Below, in pieces: positions 60,549 to 64,000 of a stretch of 64,000 nucleotides of DNA. Where the stretch lies: positions 1 through 64,000 of the forward strand of contig JANNVX010000037.1 of assembly GCA_031414595.1 (NCBI GenBank), written 5' to 3'. A model generated the notes under the pieces. The model had not been told where the DNA came from. It saw only the letters and a list, made by a program, of their open reading frames with translations, and ran no database searches. The translations under genes and the position numbers were made by a program. This stretch comes from Deinococcales bacterium. GTDB taxonomy: Bacteria; Deinococcota; Deinococci; Deinococcales; JAAFIG01. Every line of letters begins with the position of its first letter. The first letter of the stretch is position 1.

Positions 60549-61397
60549 ATGCCTCGCTCCCCTGTCGAACGCATCCCGCTTGGCGGCTCGAGTGGAATGG
60601 AACGCCGTAGCCACGCGCTGCGTCTGTACTTGGCAGATTTACATAGCAGTCTCGAGACGGGTCTAGGGCGTGATTTAGCCCCTGTGCGTTTATTGGTCTT
60701 GTCCGAAGCCGATTGGCGCAGTGCCAGTCCTTATCCTTATGGTTTTACATTTTTTAGGCGCTTAAAGGACGGTTCTGGGGTGATTTTTGCGCCTGCCGAC
60801 TACCCAGCAAATTTACTCTGGGTCTTTAAGGCACTGCTGGTCAAGGGCGAACATAAACCAAAAACCAGTCTCGAGATGTTCTTAGATTTAACCCTTGGTC
60901 ATGAACTTGGTCATGCCGTCGCCGATCAAATTGGCTTGCGAACCCATGTCAAATGGCTTGATGAATTCTTAGCCACCTACTTGTACTTGGTGGCACTCAA
61001 AAACACCATGCCAGAAGCCCTTAAAGCTGCCCTCGAGTGGGGACAGGTACTGAGTGGCACAAACCTTGAGTGCGCTTTAGCGGACATGGCACTGCTAAAA
61101 CCCAGTGGCGCAAGAAGCCAAAAACGCCGTGTCGCTAAGCAAACCGATACCACTGTGCCACGTCATGACCTTGGTGCATTCGAGTACCCGTTGGTGCGTT
61201 TACCACTGGCTAATCAAGCGTGGTACCAAGCCAGGTTTACGCTTTTTGCTGCCGAACTGCTCGAGTCTCATGGTTTTGATTTTATCAAAGCTGCCTTAGA
61301 GGTACTGCCTAAAGCCAAAGGCAGAGGCGCAATTGCTAAAGCCTTGGTGCGTCTCGAGCCAAGTTTTAAGGCGTGGTTTGCTTCGTTTGGAGGGTAG
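60549..61397 (+). CDS. Hypothetical protein with an HExxH zincin motif
   Basis: [21 protein letters not shown]5-ATG. Confidence 0.7.
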   Translation: MPRSPVERIPLGGSSGMERRSHALRLYLADLHSSLETGLGRDLAPVRLLVLSEADWRSASPYPYGFTFFRRLKDGSGVIFAPADYPANLLWVFKALLVKGEHKPKTSLEMFLDLTLGHELGHAVADQIGLRTHVKWLDEFLATYLYLVALKNTMPEALKAALEWGQVLSGTNLECALADMALLKPSGARSQKRRVAKQTDTTVPRHDLGAFEYPLVRLPLANQAWYQARFTLFAAELLESHGFDFIKAALEVLPKAKGRGAIAKALVRLEPSFKAWFASFGG

Positions 61398-61403
61398 GGG
61401 CTT

Positions 61404-61481
61404 GGGTTAAAAGGTAAAAGGTGAAAAGGTAAGAACTTTAACCCTTTAACCTTTTTACCCTTTAACCTTGCCTTTTACCCC
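61404..61481. repeat. Inverted pair of heptamer-like tandem repeats
   Basis: GGTAAAA run followed by a TTTAACC/TTTTACC run. Confidence 0.7.
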
Positions 61482-61496
61482 CTCGAGTGCGAGAAT

Positions 61497-63044
61497 ATGG
61501 GTATGACTCACAACAGCGAACTTGCCGTGGATATGCGCGTTATTCGTAAACAATTTCCGCTTGTTTTGGCAAATGACAATGTTTCTTTTGATGTGCGTTG
61601 GGGCGAAGTTAAAGCCTTGGTTGGCGAAAACGGGGCGGGTAAAAGCACCCTGATGAAAATTTTGTACGGGATGCAGTCGCCAGACAGTGGCGAAATTGTG
61701 ATTGATGGCAAAACCGTGGTCTTGCGTAATCCCAACGATGCCATTAACGCTGGAATTGGCATGGTGCATCAGCATTTTATGTTGGTCGAGCCGCTTTCTG
61801 TGACCGAAAATATTATTCTTGGTCTCGAGCCGGGGTCTAAGTTTAGTGTGGATTTTGTGACGGCTCGCAAAAAAGTAGATAAGCTGATTAAACAATTTAA
61901 TTTTGAACTCTCGCCAGACGATTTAATCGAAGAGTTGCCAGTGGGTTTACAGCAAAAAGTCGAGATTCTCAAAATGCTCTACCGTGAAAGCAGTATTCTG
62001 GTGCTGGACGAACCTACGGCGGTACTGACTCCACTCGAGACCGAGGAGCTATTTAAGTTCTTGCAGCAGTACGCCCACGATGGCAATGCGGTGATTTTTA
62101 TTTCTCATAAGTTGCGTGAAGTGATTGAGGTGTCTGACCGAATTTCGGTGATGCGAAACGGCAAAATGATTGGTACAGTCCCCACCCCGGGCATTACCCC
62201 GCCGCAAATTGCCAACATGATGGTTGGGCGTGAAGTGGTGCTACAAGTCAAAAAAGCTGAGGCTAAACCTACCGAGGCTGCACTCGAGCTAAAAGGTGTG
62301 ACGGTTGGACACAAAGGCGAAATCCCGAAAGTCAATAATGTCTCGTTTACGGTTCATGCAGGCGAAATTGTCGGTATCGCTGGGGTTGAAGGCAATGGTC
62401 AATCGCAATTGGTTGAAGCCATTACGGGTTTAGAGCATTACGCTGGGCAAATTATCTACAATGGTAAAGCCGTCAAACCGGAGGCTCGAGCGGTGCGAAT
62501 GGCGGGTGTTTCGCACATCCCAGAAGACCGTAACGAACGTGGTTTGGTGGTCGAGTACAGCACCCAAGAAAACCTGATTTTAGGCGATCATTTTACCGAT
62601 GAATTTTGCGGGGCGCTTGGGCTGCTAAAATTTGATGCAATAGAAAAAAATGCTCGAGCGTTAATCGAAGAATTCGATATTCGTCCGCGAAGTATAGAAA
62701 ATCCAGCCAAAAGCTACAGTGGTGGCAATGCCCAAAAAATTATTGTGGCACGCGAAATGACGCGTGACCCAAAAATACTCGTGGCTTCCCAACCGACCCG
62801 TGGTGTGGACATCGGTGCAATCGAATTTATTCACACCAGCATTGTCGAAGCTCGGGATAAAGGCTTAGGGGTGCTACTGGTCAGTGCCGACCTTGGCGAA
62901 GTGATGAGTTTATCAGATCGAATTTTGGTGATGTATGAAGGTGAAATTGTTGGTGAGATGCTGCAAAAAGAAGCCACCGAAGAAAAACTGGGCTTGCTGA
63001 TGGCAGGTGTCCATGACAACCCTGCCTCGAGCGCTCATGTCTGA
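61497..63044 (+). CDS. Nucleoside/sugar (CUT2) ABC transporter ATP-binding protein
   Basis: [34 protein letters not shown]. Confidence 0.93.
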   Translation: MGMTHNSELAVDMRVIRKQFPLVLANDNVSFDVRWGEVKALVGENGAGKSTLMKILYGMQSPDSGEIVIDGKTVVLRNPNDAINAGIGMVHQHFMLVEPLSVTENIILGLEPGSKFSVDFVTARKKVDKLIKQFNFELSPDDLIEELPVGLQQKVEILKMLYRESSILVLDEPTAVLTPLETEELFKFLQQYAHDGNAVIFISHKLREVIEVSDRISVMRNGKMIGTVPTPGITPPQIANMMVGREVVLQVKKAEAKPTEAALELKGVTVGHKGEIPKVNNVSFTVHAGEIVGIAGVEGNGQSQLVEAITGLEHYAGQIIYNGKAVKPEARAVRMAGVSHIPEDRNERGLVVEYSTQENLILGDHFTDEFCGALGLLKFDAIEKNARALIEEFDIRPRSIENPAKSYSGGNAQKIIVAREMTRDPKILVASQPTRGVDIGAIEFIHTSIVEARDKGLGVLLVSADLGEVMSLSDRILVMYEGEIVGEMLQKEATEEKLGLLMAGVHDNPASSAHV

Positions 63045-63267
63045 ACTTATCTTGTATTCCAAACCAAATTGTGGGCTGTGCGATAAAGCCAAAGCCTTGT
63101 TAAAAACAGCCAAACTCGAGTACACCGAAATTAACATTCTCGAGAACCCAGAAGGCATGGCGCTGTATGCGTTTGAAATCCCCGTGCTGGTCGGCTCGAG
63201 TGGACAAGAACTGATTAAAGGTGAATTTACGGAAAGTAAAGTAGCCGCAATTTTAATGCGGTCTTGA
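63037..63267 (+). CDS. Glutaredoxin-like protein (DUF836 type)
   Basis: [13 protein letters not shown]xxC; IPVL. Confidence 0.88.
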   Translation: MSELILYSKPNCGLCDKAKALLKTAKLEYTEINILENPEGMALYAFEIPVLVGSSGQELIKGEFTESKVAAILMRS

Positions 63268-63344
63268 ACAACCAAAGAAAAAGAGAAAAACGGTATTGGG
63301 TTTTCCTCTTCCTCCTTCCTCTGCTCTTATGTTACGCTTCTGCT

Positions 63345-63971
63345 ATGGCATTGACTGTTATCAACCATCCATTGGTTCAACATAAACTCGCACTGGTACG
63401 CGATGAACGTACTGGCAGTAAGGATTTTCGGGAATTGATTACCGAAGTGACGATGCTGATGGCGTTTGAAGCGATGCGTGACCTTGAACTCGAGGATGTG
63501 CAAATTAAGACCCCTGTAGAAACAGCCACGGTTAAAATGCTTTCGGGTAAAAAACTGGCATTGGTAGCGATTCTACGGGCTGGACTGATTATGGTGGATG
63601 GAATTTTGAAACTCGTGCCAGCCGCTAAAGTTGGGCATATTGGCACATACCGCGACCCAACCAGTAAAGAACCGGTGCGCTACTACGCCAAGTTACCGCC
63701 AGATATTCAAGACCGCCGTGTCTTTGTGCTTGACCCGATGCTGGCAACCGGTGGCAGTGCGGTGGATGCGATTACCGAAGTCAAGAAATTTGGGGCAACC
63801 CAGATTAAACTGCTGAACATTATTGCTGCTCCAGAAGGTGTCGAAAGAGTACAAAAGGCGCATCCAGATGTAGAAATTATTGTGGCAGCGCTCGATTCGC
63901 ACTTAAATGACCATGCCTATATCGTTCCCGGACTGGGCGATGCTGGCGATAGGATTTACGGAACAAAGTGA
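63345..63971 (+). CDS. upp: Uracil phosphoribosyltransferase
   Basis: [39 protein letters not shown]. Confidence 0.97.
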   Translation: MALTVINHPLVQHKLALVRDERTGSKDFRELITEVTMLMAFEAMRDLELEDVQIKTPVETATVKMLSGKKLALVAILRAGLIMVDGILKLVPAAKVGHIGTYRDPTSKEPVRYYAKLPPDIQDRRVFVLDPMLATGGSAVDAITEVKKFGATQIKLLNIIAAPEGVERVQKAHPDVEIIVAALDSHLNDHAYIVPGLGDAGDRIYGTK

Positions 63972-64000
63972 GGCTCATCGAGTCCAAGTGAGAACAAGCC

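Noticed and set aside
1-64000. CTCGAG excess as a cloning or assembly artefact
   Set aside because: The sites sit inside intact reading frames of conserved genes and in paired terminator stems

Overview
64 kb of bacterial chromosome, almost certainly Deinococcota (Deinococcales-like). This is inferred from the gene set (mglBA, rex with TPR/SPOR neighbours, carD, a PASTA protein with a degenerate kinase-like N-terminus) and from many leaderless -10 promoters directly before start codons. GC looks moderate by eye (about 45-50%). The window is mostly housekeeping and metabolic genes: alr, amn, dTDP-rhamnose genes, a fructan/sucrose ABC-GH32-LacI locus, SWIM/SNF2 helicase, mltG, mgsA, pdp, ddl and upp. 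Small accessory inserts include a KAP NTPase next to a broken parDE pair, two hicAB modules and a DUF559 nuclease. I saw no rRNA, tRNA, CRISPR array or transposase. The strongest non-genic signals are: (1) massive window-wide enrichment of the palindrome CTCGAG in all reading frames, HIP1-like; (2) two copies of a ~190-bp MITE with TWA target duplications that carries a GTAG-REP doublet; (3) a second hairpin-repeat family upstream of the DUF559 nuclease; (4) heptamer repeat tracts and recurrent 23-26-bp tandem duplications. Product calls come from motif recognition only; no database searches were run.
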